Origin: a virus
Virus record (IMG/VR): IMGVR_UViG_3300045988_031867
Length of the DNA stretch: 58,475 nt
Direction: 5' to 3' (one strand)
This document shows positions 1-7,975 of the stretch, in pieces (positions within the stretch are counted from its first letter, which is position 1; each line of letters starts with the position of its first letter). The position numbers and the translations under genes were made by a program. Below the pieces are notes generated by a model that did no database searches, was not told where the DNA came from, and worked only from the letters and a program-made list of their open reading frames with translations.

Positions 1-119
1 ACCATGTGCTTTTAGTTGCTGTCTGTGCGCTTCTCTGGACCCCATTTAGGCTTCTTTGAATTGTCCGTGAAGCAGAACCCACCCTTGAACCTTGGCTTGC
101 TAAATTCGCCAATGCGTTA
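1..119. repeat. Terminal direct duplication: bases 1-119 are identical to 58357-58475 (circular-assembly overlap)
   Basis: The string accatgtgcttttagttgctg...ttcgccaatgcgtta occurs at both window ends in the same orientation. It lies inside one continuous minus-strand reading frame. Confidence 0.95.
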
Positions 120-610
120 GTCATCTGAATGACGTTATTGCTTACTGTCGGTGCGCTTGCAAGCGTTGTGAGTAAATTTGTAAGTGATGTTGCCAACTGC
201 GGCATATTCGTAATTGAGGTCTGTACACTCTTGTTGCCAAGCTTTGCTATGTTCTTAGCGACTTCACCAATCTGCGCCGCATTTTCAGACACCGCCGTAA
301 ACTGATTAAATGCACTCGCCGTGGAATTAAGTGAGCTTGCAACCGTATTAAGTGCCGAACTGTCAACGCCTGCTATCTGTCCGATGTTTTTTGCAAGTCT
401 AGTGAAGCTTGCTGTGCCAACATCATTTATCGACTTCATGGACGCACCTAAATTATTGACATTCATAGCCAGTGTACCAAGCTGTGAGCCGTTGACACTC
501 CCTAATGCCGATGCAAGTCTGCCAAGCTTAGTGATAAGGGTTTCGATGCTATCATTCGCTTTTTTAGCATTCGCCTGCAACCCAATCTCCAAACTGTCAA
601 CTTCTGCCAT
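1..610 (-). CDS. Tape measure protein, 5' portion (starts at ATG 610, runs off base 1, continues at 58475 on the circular genome)
   Basis: SD GGAGGTGGGAGA lies directly upstream of ATG 610-608. Translation MAEVDSLEIGLQANAKKANDSIETLITKLG... stays open to base 1. It is in frame with ORF 54542..58468 (610-112=498). The joined product is 1474 aa. Confidence 0.85.
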   Translation of the reverse strand, partial: MAEVDSLEIGLQANAKKANDSIETLITKLGRLASALGSVNGSQLGTLAMNVNNLGASMKSINDVGTASFTRLAKNIGQIAGVDSSALNTVASSLNSTASAFNQFTAVSENAAQIGEVAKNIAKLGNKSVQTSITNMPQLATSLTNLLTTLASAPTVSNNVIQMTNALANLASQGSRVGSASRTIQRSLNGVQRSAQTATKSTW

Positions 611-649
611 TCTCCCACCTCCTCGTCATAAAAATAAAAGCGGCACAGA

Positions 650-1479
650 TTACTCCGTACCGCCTCTTTCTCTCTTATTGCGTTCAAAGCTCTCTTGCAT
701 ACCCATAAGCTGTGCAAGTAACTCTTGTCTTTTTCGTTCTGCAAGCCGTTCTTGCTCCACTGGGTCTTGTGCAACATATATAGCCTGTTCAGGATATTCA
801 ACCTTATCCTTGCCCCATGCACCGCCTCTTGTACCGATGATGATAGCTGGCAAGCCATAATGCCTTGTCCATAGCCATACTTCCTTGTCTCGCTCTTTAC
901 GTCTAAGCTTTTCGCCCTCTAAGCAATAGCCTAAAGTTTTAGGCGTGAGCTTCTTGAACTCTTCAAGGCTTATGCCAATAGAAAACGCAAGCGGGAAGTA
1001 TTCTTCCCATATAAGTTTGTGGAAATTTACTTCTTTCCCTTTGCTTTCTGCATCATCTCCAGTTGCTCCGCCGCCGACTTGTTCATCTGCTCGATTGTCT
1101 CCTGAAGACCGCTCAAAACGAAAAAACCATCGTCCTCCATGCACTTCTTAATGTCGTCAAATAACTGATAATAACCGTACTTGCTGTCGGTCTTTCTCTT
1201 TTGTGTTATATATGCTCGTGTCAGAGCCTTAGCTTCTGCCTTAGTGACCTGATTGTGCTGTAAACAGCCGGCATAAAACGCCATGTGACATACTTCGCTA
1301 TAATCAGCAACCATCTTACCGGCACCGTTAGACATTGCGGTGATTGTGTTGCCGTTCTCCTTATAAATGTATGCTCCGGTCATATAATCGAACATCTTCT
1401 GTACGATATCCTTATTCTCAGCGGCATCAAAGCCAAACTCTAACTTATATTCCTTGTTATCAATATCAAATGTTATCAT
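650..1479 (-). CDS. Tail assembly chaperone G-T fusion produced by programmed -1 frameshift
   Basis: ORF 650..1144 overlaps the 3' end of ORF 1027..1479 in the -1 frame (codon phase 1 vs 0 mod 3). It has no convincing start of its own. GGGAAAG lies in the overlap, immediately upstream of the tape measure gene. Confidence 0.7.
1027..1479 (-). CDS. Tail assembly chaperone (gpG-like)
   Basis: 150-aa ORF with SD AAAGGAGAG. It sits between the major tail protein and the tape measure gene, the canonical position and size. Confidence 0.7.
   Translation of the reverse strand: MITFDIDNKEYKLEFGFDAAENKDIVQKMFDYMTGAYIYKENGNTITAMSNGAGKMVADYSEVCHMAFYAGCLQHNQVTKAEAKALTRAYITQKRKTDSKYGYYQLFDDIKKCMEDDGFFVLSGLQETIEQMNKSAAEQLEMMQKAKGKK
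1033..1039 (-). promoter_or_regulatory. -1 ribosomal slippery heptamer G GGA AAG
   Basis: Minus strand reads ...GCA AAG GGA AAG AAG TAA. G_GGA_AAG is in the zero frame, 2 codons before the stop. This is the same heptamer as lambda G/GT. Confidence 0.7.
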
Positions 1480-1631
1480 TATGCTCTCCTTTTCCTCCTA
1501 TGTTTTCCATAGGAAAAGGGGCAGTCCGTAGACCGCCCTTCTCTGTCAAATAATCACTTACTTGCCATACATCGACAAGTAATCATCGGCTGTATCGTCA
1601 TTCAGTACAGCCATATTAGCTGAATGACTTA

Positions 1632-2108
1632 CTATTCCCCCGGTGTAAGCTCCACCTTTGTGTCAAGTCCTTTGTATTCCTCGATTGTAAGGTTGATTTC
1701 AACTGTTGCAAGACCATTCTGGTCTGTTGATGGATGTGGAATCTCATCTGGTGGTTGAGCCACAACAAAAAAGCTCTTGGTCAAGCCCTTAAAAATCGTC
1801 TCGAACCACATCCTCTTGCCGCCGGTAAGAGCTTTATACGTTGTCATAAGAGCTTCCCATTCTGCTTCTGTCTCGTCTGTAAGATTGATTGTAACAGTCC
1901 ATGTACCGCCTGTATCTGCTCTACCCTTAATACTTCTTGTTACCATATCTTCAAGTGCTGATGCGTCGATGGTCTGTGGGTCAATAGTAATTCCCCCAAT
2001 AGTATTAATTCTGGTAAGCTGTGTGAATGTTGTCGGCTTAGTTCCGGCTGTTGTTTCTGCGCCGTAACCAAACGTAACACCTAATGTAGATATACCTGCT
2101 ACTGCCAT
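1632..2108 (-). CDS. Major tail (tube) protein
   Basis: 158-aa ORF upstream of the chaperone pair. N-terminus MAVAGISTLGVTFGYGAETTAGTKP is typical of siphovirus major tail proteins. Called from position and pattern. Confidence 0.65.
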   Translation of the reverse strand: MAVAGISTLGVTFGYGAETTAGTKPTTFTQLTRINTIGGITIDPQTIDASALEDMVTRSIKGRADTGGTWTVTINLTDETEAEWEALMTTYKALTGGKRMWFETIFKGLTKSFFVVAQPPDEIPHPSTDQNGLATVEINLTIEEYKGLDTKVELTPGE

Positions 2109-2159
2109 TTTGTCCTCCTTAAAAATGAAAATAAAAAAAGAGCCTTAAAAAGCTCTTAG

Positions 2160-2576
2160 TTATAACAATCTGTCATTTGCACCGATAACACGCCTAAAGC
2201 GCGCGGTGCTTCTGTAAATTTTGTCTGCGTATGAAGTTTCCGGCATTGGTTTAGCCTCGAACCGCATAGCCTTGAATACCTCAGCAATCTCGCTTGTTAC
2301 CCAACGCACGTCTGAACTGCGCGTATTCGTGCTAACGTCAACTTGAAATGTAACAAGTAAGCCGTTAATGGATTGTCCGTCAATCGTTCGTCCTTGCTCT
2401 GTCGGTGCCAACATGTGGATGTAGACTGTTGGGAATGTCGGTGAACTGTCACTCTGTCCTTTATCCGTAAACAGCAAGTTGGGGTATTTCTTCTTGATTG
2501 CTGAATATGTCTTAGCCTTGACAATCGAATATATTGTGCTTTCAATGTCATACGCCCATGCGTTTTCACTCGCCAT
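2160..2576 (-). CDS. Tail completion / tail terminator-like protein
   Basis: 138-aa ORF between the gp10-like gene and the major tail protein. Called by gene order only. Confidence 0.4.
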   Translation of the reverse strand: MASENAWAYDIESTIYSIVKAKTYSAIKKKYPNLLFTDKGQSDSSPTFPTVYIHMLAPTEQGRTIDGQSINGLLVTFQVDVSTNTRSSDVRWVTSEIAEVFKAMRFEAKPMPETSYADKIYRSTARFRRVIGANDRLL

Positions 2577-3112
2577 TAGTCCTTGAATGCCTCCTTTGCT
2601 GTGCTGATAACGATTGACCTAAGCTCATTCGCTGTGTTGTACATGAACGGTCTTGACGGCATACCCTCTGTGAAGTACCAGTTGCCATCCTTACCCTTAT
2701 AAAACCAACCATAACGCCCATCTGCAAGCTGTCTGATTGTCTTACCACTTGCATACTCCCAAGTAACGCCCTCAGGCAATGTGCCTTTATACGGTTGAGC
2801 TTTGCCGATAACGCCCGTACCAAACTCAACAAAAATAGCGTGTGAGCTATCTGCTATAACCGCCCATACGCCGCCGCTTTTTGTCGCCCCTCTGTATTCA
2901 GAATGAATACTCGAAAGCAATTCAGTTGTAAATATTGCGTCAAGTTCTGCAACTTGTACTCTTGCAATCTCAACGCCTCTTTGCGCCAGTTTTTCTGCAA
3001 GTAGCTGACATTTATACGTCAGATAATCTTGATAGCTCTGTAAGCCTTTTATTGCGTCCTCAATGGACTTCTGCGAAAATACATTAACAACAATCTTGTG
3101 CTTTGCCATCAC
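2576..3112 (-). CDS. HK97 gp10-like head-tail joining protein
   Basis: 178-aa ORF, start coupled to the upstream stop. The N-terminal pattern KHKIVVNVFSQKSIEDAIKGL resembles the gp10 family. Position is consistent. Confidence 0.45.
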   Translation of the reverse strand: MMAKHKIVVNVFSQKSIEDAIKGLQSYQDYLTYKCQLLAEKLAQRGVEIARVQVAELDAIFTTELLSSIHSEYRGATKSGGVWAVIADSSHAIFVEFGTGVIGKAQPYKGTLPEGVTWEYASGKTIRQLADGRYGWFYKGKDGNWYFTEGMPSRPFMYNTANELRSIVISTAKEAFKD

Positions 3113-3573
3113 TTCACCTGAGCTTTCAGCATGTACTTTGTGGAGGTTAAAGACGGCTTTACTCCGACAACGATGAAATCTGCTGTAATCTCGTCAACAT
3201 GAACCTTATCCTCGTCCTTGTAGCCAATTTCGCTATCAAGCCATATAACATCACCTTTGCTCAATGGTAGCTCGTTGCGCTCTGTCAGCATAACTGCATC
3301 AAAGTCTGCCACGTTAAAGCCATACTCTTCTGCCTGTGCTTCGCCGCCGCTAAAGGCGATATTTGCTTTGAAAGCAACCGGTAGTGAATAACCTATGTAT
3401 TCCTCCTTGATGCGCGGTATCTTATTACCATCGTCATCAAGATACGGAATAAAGTTACCCTCACTGTCAGTGTAGCCCTCATAGATTATGTTGCCCTCAC
3501 TGTCAGTCTCATAAACAACTGTACGTTGTCCTTGCCGAGAGTACTTCATGTTCTGCTTATTGATGTCAAGCAT
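3109..3573 (-). CDS. Putative head closure / head-tail adaptor protein
   Basis: 154-aa ORF in the connector block, overlapping both neighbours by a few nt. Called by position only. Confidence 0.35.
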   Translation of the reverse strand: MLDINKQNMKYSRQGQRTVVYETDSEGNIIYEGYTDSEGNFIPYLDDDGNKIPRIKEEYIGYSLPVAFKANIAFSGGEAQAEEYGFNVADFDAVMLTERNELPLSKGDVIWLDSEIGYKDEDKVHVDEITADFIVVGVKPSLTSTKYMLKAQVK

Positions 3574-3847
3574 TTGTATCAGAACCCTTTTTAGCCTGTT
3601 TGTATATCTGATTTACTCCTGTGCTTGACAGCCCCGACACTATGCCGACCGCAATAGCATTGAGAATGTCATTTGCCGGGAAATCAGGAATCACATACAT
3701 ACCGATAACACCTAAGATACCGCCTGCAATACCAACAATTATAGGAATGAAGTTATCCTTAATCTGCGGAATTGCCTTGGCTCCTAAGCCTATCAGATAT
3801 GTGATTACAACGATTGCAACTACTGTTGATACCTGTGTAAAATCCAT
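3566..3847 (-). CDS. Holin-like protein (three predicted TM helices, charged C-terminus)
   Basis: 93 aa with three hydrophobic segments: VSTVVAIVVITYLIGLGA, FIPIIVGIAGGILGVIGMYVI and ILNAIAVGIVSGLSS. It ends in the charged tail KQAKKGSDTNA. Confidence 0.6.
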   Translation of the reverse strand: MDFTQVSTVVAIVVITYLIGLGAKAIPQIKDNFIPIIVGIAGGILGVIGMYVIPDFPANDILNAIAVGIVSGLSSTGVNQIYKQAKKGSDTNA

Positions 3848-4155
3848 TATTCTTTACCTCCTGCCTTACCTAAATGTAATGCCTGTATTTCGTTATACAT
3901 CTTAGTTACCATGCCATTACCACCTAATGTGTGATATGCGTTATACATCTCAATGAAGTTGTCATACGCATAAGATGGAATTTCACCAAGTTTCATGTAC
4001 TTATCATGGTATTCGATAAGCTGTACTCGCAAAAGCAGCATTGTACCTTTGCTGTTGGCGTCCTTGTCTTTTTTCTGTTGTTTCAGAAGCCAAACTATGT
4101 AACCAAGCAATATTGGTAATGCTATGGTGTAAGTCTGTAATAAAATTTCTTTCAT
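3847..4155 (-). CDS. Single-pass membrane protein (holin partner / antiholin-like?)
   Basis: Start moved to ATG 4155 behind SD AGGAGA. It has an N-terminal TM segment (YTIALPILLGYIVWLL) followed by a helical soluble part. Its stop overlaps the holin start. Confidence 0.5.
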   Translation of the reverse strand: MKEILLQTYTIALPILLGYIVWLLKQQKKDKDANSKGTMLLLRVQLIEYHDKYMKLGEIPSYAYDNFIEMYNAYHTLGGNGMVTKMYNEIQALHLGKAGGKE

Positions 4156-4259
4156 TTTATATCTCCTGCGATTAAAATATGGCACACCGCCCACCACCCT
4201 TAATGTGTGCCGCCTGCTAACATATTGCCGACATCAGCAAAATGCTAACGCACAATCTT

Positions 4260-4637
4260 CTATAACACTTTAGCAAATGGAAATACCCCAACAAATAAGC
4301 TATCTCTGTCTCTCCAAGTTCTGTTTACGCCATTCTCATTGTAACTTGACATAAATGCTTCGCCTGCCTGTGAATGGTCATAGACCGCAAGATTAACGAT
4401 AACGCTCTCAAACTTCTTCAAGTCCTCGGTTATCATTTCATCTGTGTAGCTGTCGGGGTAGTTTCTTCTTGCCTTTACATCTTCTGTAGCTTGCTTAATG
4501 AGCTGTTCGATTATCGGGTTATCTTCTTTGTTATCGAACACTACCACATCAGATGTAGTTTCATCATCATTTGTGACTGTATCAATATGAAATTGTTTAA
4601 GTCTGATTTTGACCTGTTCTAATGTGGTGTATAGCAT
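4260..4637 (-). CDS. Head-tail connector protein (gp6-like)
   Basis: 125-aa ORF just downstream of the capsid genes. The N-terminal pattern MLYTTLEQVKIRLK resembles gp6-like adaptors. Confidence 0.5.
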   Translation of the reverse strand: MLYTTLEQVKIRLKQFHIDTVTNDDETTSDVVVFDNKEDNPIIEQLIKQATEDVKARRNYPDSYTDEMITEDLKKFESVIVNLAVYDHSQAGEAFMSSYNENGVNRTWRDRDSLFVGVFPFAKVL

Positions 4638-4649
4638 ACATAAGCCCTC

Positions 4650-4886
4650 CTACAATCCGAACTTCTCGATTAACAGCTTTTTAAGCTCCGCACCGCTTAA
4701 CAGCTCAGCACCGCCGATACCCTGTGTCTTAGCAAGTGCCTGTAAATCTGCCGTAGACATGCGGTTAATATCTGTCTTGGTATAATTAACAGAAGAGGAG
4801 ACAGTCTGTTCTGCCTCCTCTATCTTGTCGCCGGCTTTATACCATCTGCCGTTATATTTAACCGTATTCTGTGCTATCATAAGCAC
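4650..4886 (-). CDS. Small head-associated protein with C-terminal HeH/SAP-like motif
   Basis: 78 aa. The C-terminus MSTADLQALAKTQGIGGAELLSGAELKKLLIEKFGL looks like a Rho-N/SAP helix-extension-helix motif. Confidence 0.5.
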   Translation of the reverse strand: MLMIAQNTVKYNGRWYKAGDKIEEAEQTVSSSVNYTKTDINRMSTADLQALAKTQGIGGAELLSGAELKKLLIEKFGL

Positions 4887-4891
4887 ACCTC

Positions 4892-5995
4892 CTAGTCAAC
4901 CTTGATAACAACAACGCTATCCATTCCCTCAAATGTAGGAAGTCCTATCATAGATACAACGCAATGAGTATTGATAGGGTGGTTAGTAGCATATGTGTAA
5001 ACAGAAATACCAGTTTCAACGATAGATAAGTTTCCATCCGTAAGACTTCCGCTTCTCTCCTCAGGTGTCTTGCCGAATACATAATCGCCAAGATATACCC
5101 CTGCCGACTGCGCTGATACAATACCTGTTGGAATGAAGTACTTTGACTGACCATCCGCCGGGTCAATATACAGTTTGTCATATACCTCAATCTCGATGCC
5201 GTAGCCTCTAAGATATTCGACAACCTGTCCCTGCTGTAATCTAATACCACCGTTGTAAGCAGTAATTCCAAGCACCTGCTTCTTTGTATCTTCTGCCTCA
5301 AGAACCATTTCCCATGTTTCGCCATTCATCGAGTAACGCACAAGGGAATATCCACTCTTTTTGGCAAAATCGCGCTTTATCTTAATAAGGTCGTCAAGTG
5401 GTGTCGCCGTTGCTTTTGCAGACCACTTGTCGGTAGTAGCGGCTCCGCCATTCGTCACGTCAACAAAATGGTCTTTCTTGTGTGCTACTCCATTGTCAGA
5501 CGTATACTCAACGATATACTTGTCTTTGCCAATGTGTACCTCAATCTTAGGAACACCGTCTTCAGGTGCAAGTAAGCTCCATATCTGCCTCTCAGGAACA
5601 ACCCTTGCTCCTTCGATAAGGTTCATAGGCTTCTTGCTGATTTCTCTAAGTACCTGATTAGCAAGGTTAGAGTTCTCGGCACTTCTGTAATTGTCGTACT
5701 CCTGTTCCTCTTTCTCTGTAACCATGTATGATTCACGGTAAAATGGCATCTCGTTCTGAATGTCAGAGAATCCGCCAACATCCCTTAACTCTGCCTGAGC
5801 GTCAAAGTTAGATGCCTTTAATGATACTGGAAGCCCACTCTTGCCCTTGATGAATCTAAGGTCAAGCGAATCCTGCTTCCTTGTACCAAACTTCTGTCTG
5901 CCAAGATAAGGGGCAGAACCTAATGTCTTCTGATAATTATTCCACATTACACCGAGGCTTCTCGCTGTAAATGCTTCTGCTAATGGTAATGCCAT
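4892..5995 (-). CDS. Major capsid protein
   Basis: 367-aa ORF after the scaffold and decoration-like genes. Size, position and the N-terminal pattern MALPLAEAFTARSLGVMWNNYQ resemble gpE-type capsid proteins. Confidence 0.75.
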   Translation of the reverse strand: MALPLAEAFTARSLGVMWNNYQKTLGSAPYLGRQKFGTRKQDSLDLRFIKGKSGLPVSLKASNFDAQAELRDVGGFSDIQNEMPFYRESYMVTEKEEQEYDNYRSAENSNLANQVLREISKKPMNLIEGARVVPERQIWSLLAPEDGVPKIEVHIGKDKYIVEYTSDNGVAHKKDHFVDVTNGGAATTDKWSAKATATPLDDLIKIKRDFAKKSGYSLVRYSMNGETWEMVLEAEDTKKQVLGITAYNGGIRLQQGQVVEYLRGYGIEIEVYDKLYIDPADGQSKYFIPTGIVSAQSAGVYLGDYVFGKTPEERSGSLTDGNLSIVETGISVYTYATNHPINTHCVVSMIGLPTFEGMDSVVVIKVD

Positions 5996-6015
5996 AGTAT
6001 TTTAACCTCCTATAA

Positions 6016-6363
6016 TTACTCTGTTATTGGTTCTGCACCGTAGAATGTTACTCTAGGTGTTACTTTTCTAGCCGCATCTGCTATTGTTGGTGAAAGTGTC
6101 TTGACCTTTTCCCAGTCAATAGTTCCCTGATATACATAAGTTCCCGGTGCGTCTCCCTGCGTTACGTCCACATCTTCAAGCAGATAACCTAAGCACTTGT
6201 TATCATTGCTTGGGAATGGTGTTCCTGCCGGTACAATCTTTCTTCCGTTTCCGTCTGCCACCGACACCATAGACTGCGGAACTACACACGCTGCTCCCTC
6301 GTAAGGAAAAAACTTTAAAATGCCTTTACTCTGCGTAAAGTCTCTCTCAATAGGCTTACCCAT
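6016..6363 (-). CDS. Putative head decoration / capsid accessory protein
   Basis: 115-aa ORF between scaffold and major capsid gene. Gly-rich beta-type sequence. Called by position. Confidence 0.4.
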   Translation of the reverse strand: MGKPIERDFTQSKGILKFFPYEGAACVVPQSMVSVADGNGRKIVPAGTPFPSNDNKCLGYLLEDVDVTQGDAPGTYVYQGTIDWEKVKTLSPTIADAARKVTPRVTFYGAEPITE

Positions 6364-6376
6364 TGTCTTTTACCTC

Positions 6377-6910
6377 CTATAACTTGTAATAATCTCTTGC
6401 CTCAACGCTTGGGGCTGCCGAACCAAAACTAATTGTTTCAGCGTTTGCTACATCGTTAGGCTTTTCTTTATTCTGACTGCCAGCACCGCCGCCACCAGGA
6501 ACATCTGCATTTTTAGCAATTTCCTGAATCTTAGCCTGTACTGCTGCCGTCTCTCTTGCGGTGATAATCTCTGATACAGAATCAATAGCAGACCTAGCAA
6601 GCTCAAGGTTATCCTGAAATCCTGCTAATACCTTGTTTGCCTGTTCGCCTGTCAAGCCCTTTTCCGCCGCATAAGCCCTTATGTCCTTCTGAATGTTCTC
6701 ACGCTGCAAGTTGGCTATCTGCTCTCTTAACTGCGTAAGCTCCTCTGAATTGTCAGGCTTGACCTCTAATTCGGATGCTGAAATAGTTGGCTGTGCCGGT
6801 GCCTGTGGTGCGTTGCTGTGGAACTGATTAAGATAGTTTGTTATCTGTGCCGGTGTCGGCTCCTCAATTCCTAATGCAATTAAGTTCTGCTTTGCTTCTT
6901 CCCTTGTCAT
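6377..6910 (-). CDS. Scaffolding protein
   Basis: 177 aa, helical and Gln/Glu/Ala-rich (LREQIANLQRENIQKDIRAYAAEKGL). It lies directly upstream of the capsid genes. Confidence 0.55.
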   Translation of the reverse strand: MTREEAKQNLIALGIEEPTPAQITNYLNQFHSNAPQAPAQPTISASELEVKPDNSEELTQLREQIANLQRENIQKDIRAYAAEKGLTGEQANKVLAGFQDNLELARSAIDSVSEIITARETAAVQAKIQEIAKNADVPGGGGAGSQNKEKPNDVANAETISFGSAAPSVEARDYYKL

Positions 6911-7007
6911 AAATGATTACCTCCATAATCTACATTTTTTTGTCGCGGTTCTTTCCGCTTGGATTTTCGTTTTCTCATTTCACGCATGAGTGCAATTTTT
7001 ATAAAAT

Positions 7008-7041
7008 AAAAACAGTTACCGATTGTTCGGTAACTGTTTTA
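7008..7041. terminator. Bidirectional intrinsic terminator
   Basis: aaaacagttaccg-attgtt-cggtaactgtttt forms a 13-bp perfect stem flanked by an A-run and a T-run. Confidence 0.8.
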
Positions 7042-7053
7042 TTTCCAAGATTA

Positions 7054-7701
7054 TTATTTTGTTTTATGCCATCTATCAGCACCAACGGGAGTTTCTAATG
7101 CTTTTTCTATCGTCCACCCTCGTTTTAATCTTGCATATAATATTTTAGGGTCAATTTCTAAATATCTTGCCCATTCTGAAACTGTTTTCGTATCTCCTTT
7201 GTATGTTAAATACTTTTTACCATTGTTGGCTATTCTTCTAACATTAGTAGTTAGTGCTTTTTCTGTTGAATATCCATTATTTAATCTCCAACGAATAGTT
7301 GCCTCTGAAATTCCTAATTCATCAGCCCATTCTTGTAAGCTTTGACTTTTCCCTTGATATTCAAGAAAAATTGTATTTGTTTTATTATTCGCTTGAATCT
7401 TTGCATTTGTAAATCTACAATTATTAGGCTCGTAATTGCCGTTGACATCTATTCGGTCAATACTTTGTTCTTTTTGATGCTTATTTTCATCAAAGCCATT
7501 CGCGTATGCCCATTCTGCAAAATTCTTTGCTCCATTTACCCCTAACCATTCATCACATACCTTTATACCTCTACCGCCATACTTATTATATTTGTAGTCA
7601 TTTGGATTGTAACACCTCGCTTTCATACTTTCCCAAGTTTTGTACACCCGTGTTCCTGTTAATCCGTGAGTATAATGTTTTCCTTTTGTTTTATCTGACA
7701 T
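7054..7701 (-). CDS. Free-standing HNH-like (degenerate) DNA-binding protein with two C-terminal HTH-like repeats
   Basis: N-terminal TRVYKTWESMKARCYNPNDYKYNKYGGRGIKVCDEW and SIDRIDVNGNYEPNNCRF motifs. There are two repeats, QEWADELGISEATIRWRLNNGYSTEKAL and SEWARYLEIDPKILYARLKRGWTIEKAL. It is inserted between portal and scaffold. Confidence 0.5.
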   Translation of the reverse strand: MSDKTKGKHYTHGLTGTRVYKTWESMKARCYNPNDYKYNKYGGRGIKVCDEWLGVNGAKNFAEWAYANGFDENKHQKEQSIDRIDVNGNYEPNNCRFTNAKIQANNKTNTIFLEYQGKSQSLQEWADELGISEATIRWRLNNGYSTEKALTTNVRRIANNGKKYLTYKGDTKTVSEWARYLEIDPKILYARLKRGWTIEKALETPVGADRWHKTK

Positions 7702-7740
7702 ATTATCATCTCCTTTATTTACATTATACCATAGTTGCTA

Positions 7741-7785
7741 GTAACTTGCAAGTTACTTGACAATTATCTTATAGCAGTTTATAAT
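7741..7785 (+). promoter_or_regulatory. Consensus sigma-A promoter with adjacent 16-bp palindromic operator
   Basis: Palindrome GTAACTTGCAAGTTAC spans 7741-7756. TTGACA is at 7757-7762, followed by a 17-nt spacer and TATAAT at 7780-7785. Confidence 0.75.
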
Positions 7786-7807
7786 ATTTAAAAAGTGAGG
7801 TGTTAAT

Positions 7808-7975
7808 ATGCCACAAGGACAAATTTCTGAAAGCAAGGTTAAAACTACCATTGTTATGGAAAAAGAACTTAAATCTTCTCTTGAGCTTATAGCAAAAGAT
7901 GAACTGCGTTCCCTTAATAATCTTATGGTTAGTATTTTAACAGATTATGTAAAATCAAGAACCGATAGAAGTTAA
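7808..7975 (+). CDS. Ribbon-helix-helix (CopG/Arc-like) protein, 55 aa
   Basis: SD GTGAGGTG precedes the ATG. Sequence MPQGQISESKVKTTIVMEKELKSSLELIAKDELRSLNNLMVSILTDYV fits a beta-strand plus two helices. It is below the ORF-track size cutoff and overlaps the portal 3' end by 21 nt. Confidence 0.6.
   Translation: MPQGQISESKVKTTIVMEKELKSSLELIAKDELRSLNNLMVSILTDYVKSRTDRS

Noticed and set aside
1-119. Terminal repeat as cos/DTR ends or an LTR-type mobile element boundary
   Set aside because: The repeat lies inside a single continuous coding frame (tape measure gene). This is the signature of a circular assembly overlap.
321-860. Plus-strand 179-aa ORF and minus-strand 118-aa ORF (502..858) at the window start
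   Set aside because: Both overlap the SD-led tape measure 5' region (1..610) and the G-T frameshift extension (650..1144). They have no SD and a Ser/Leu/Cys-rich shadow-frame composition.
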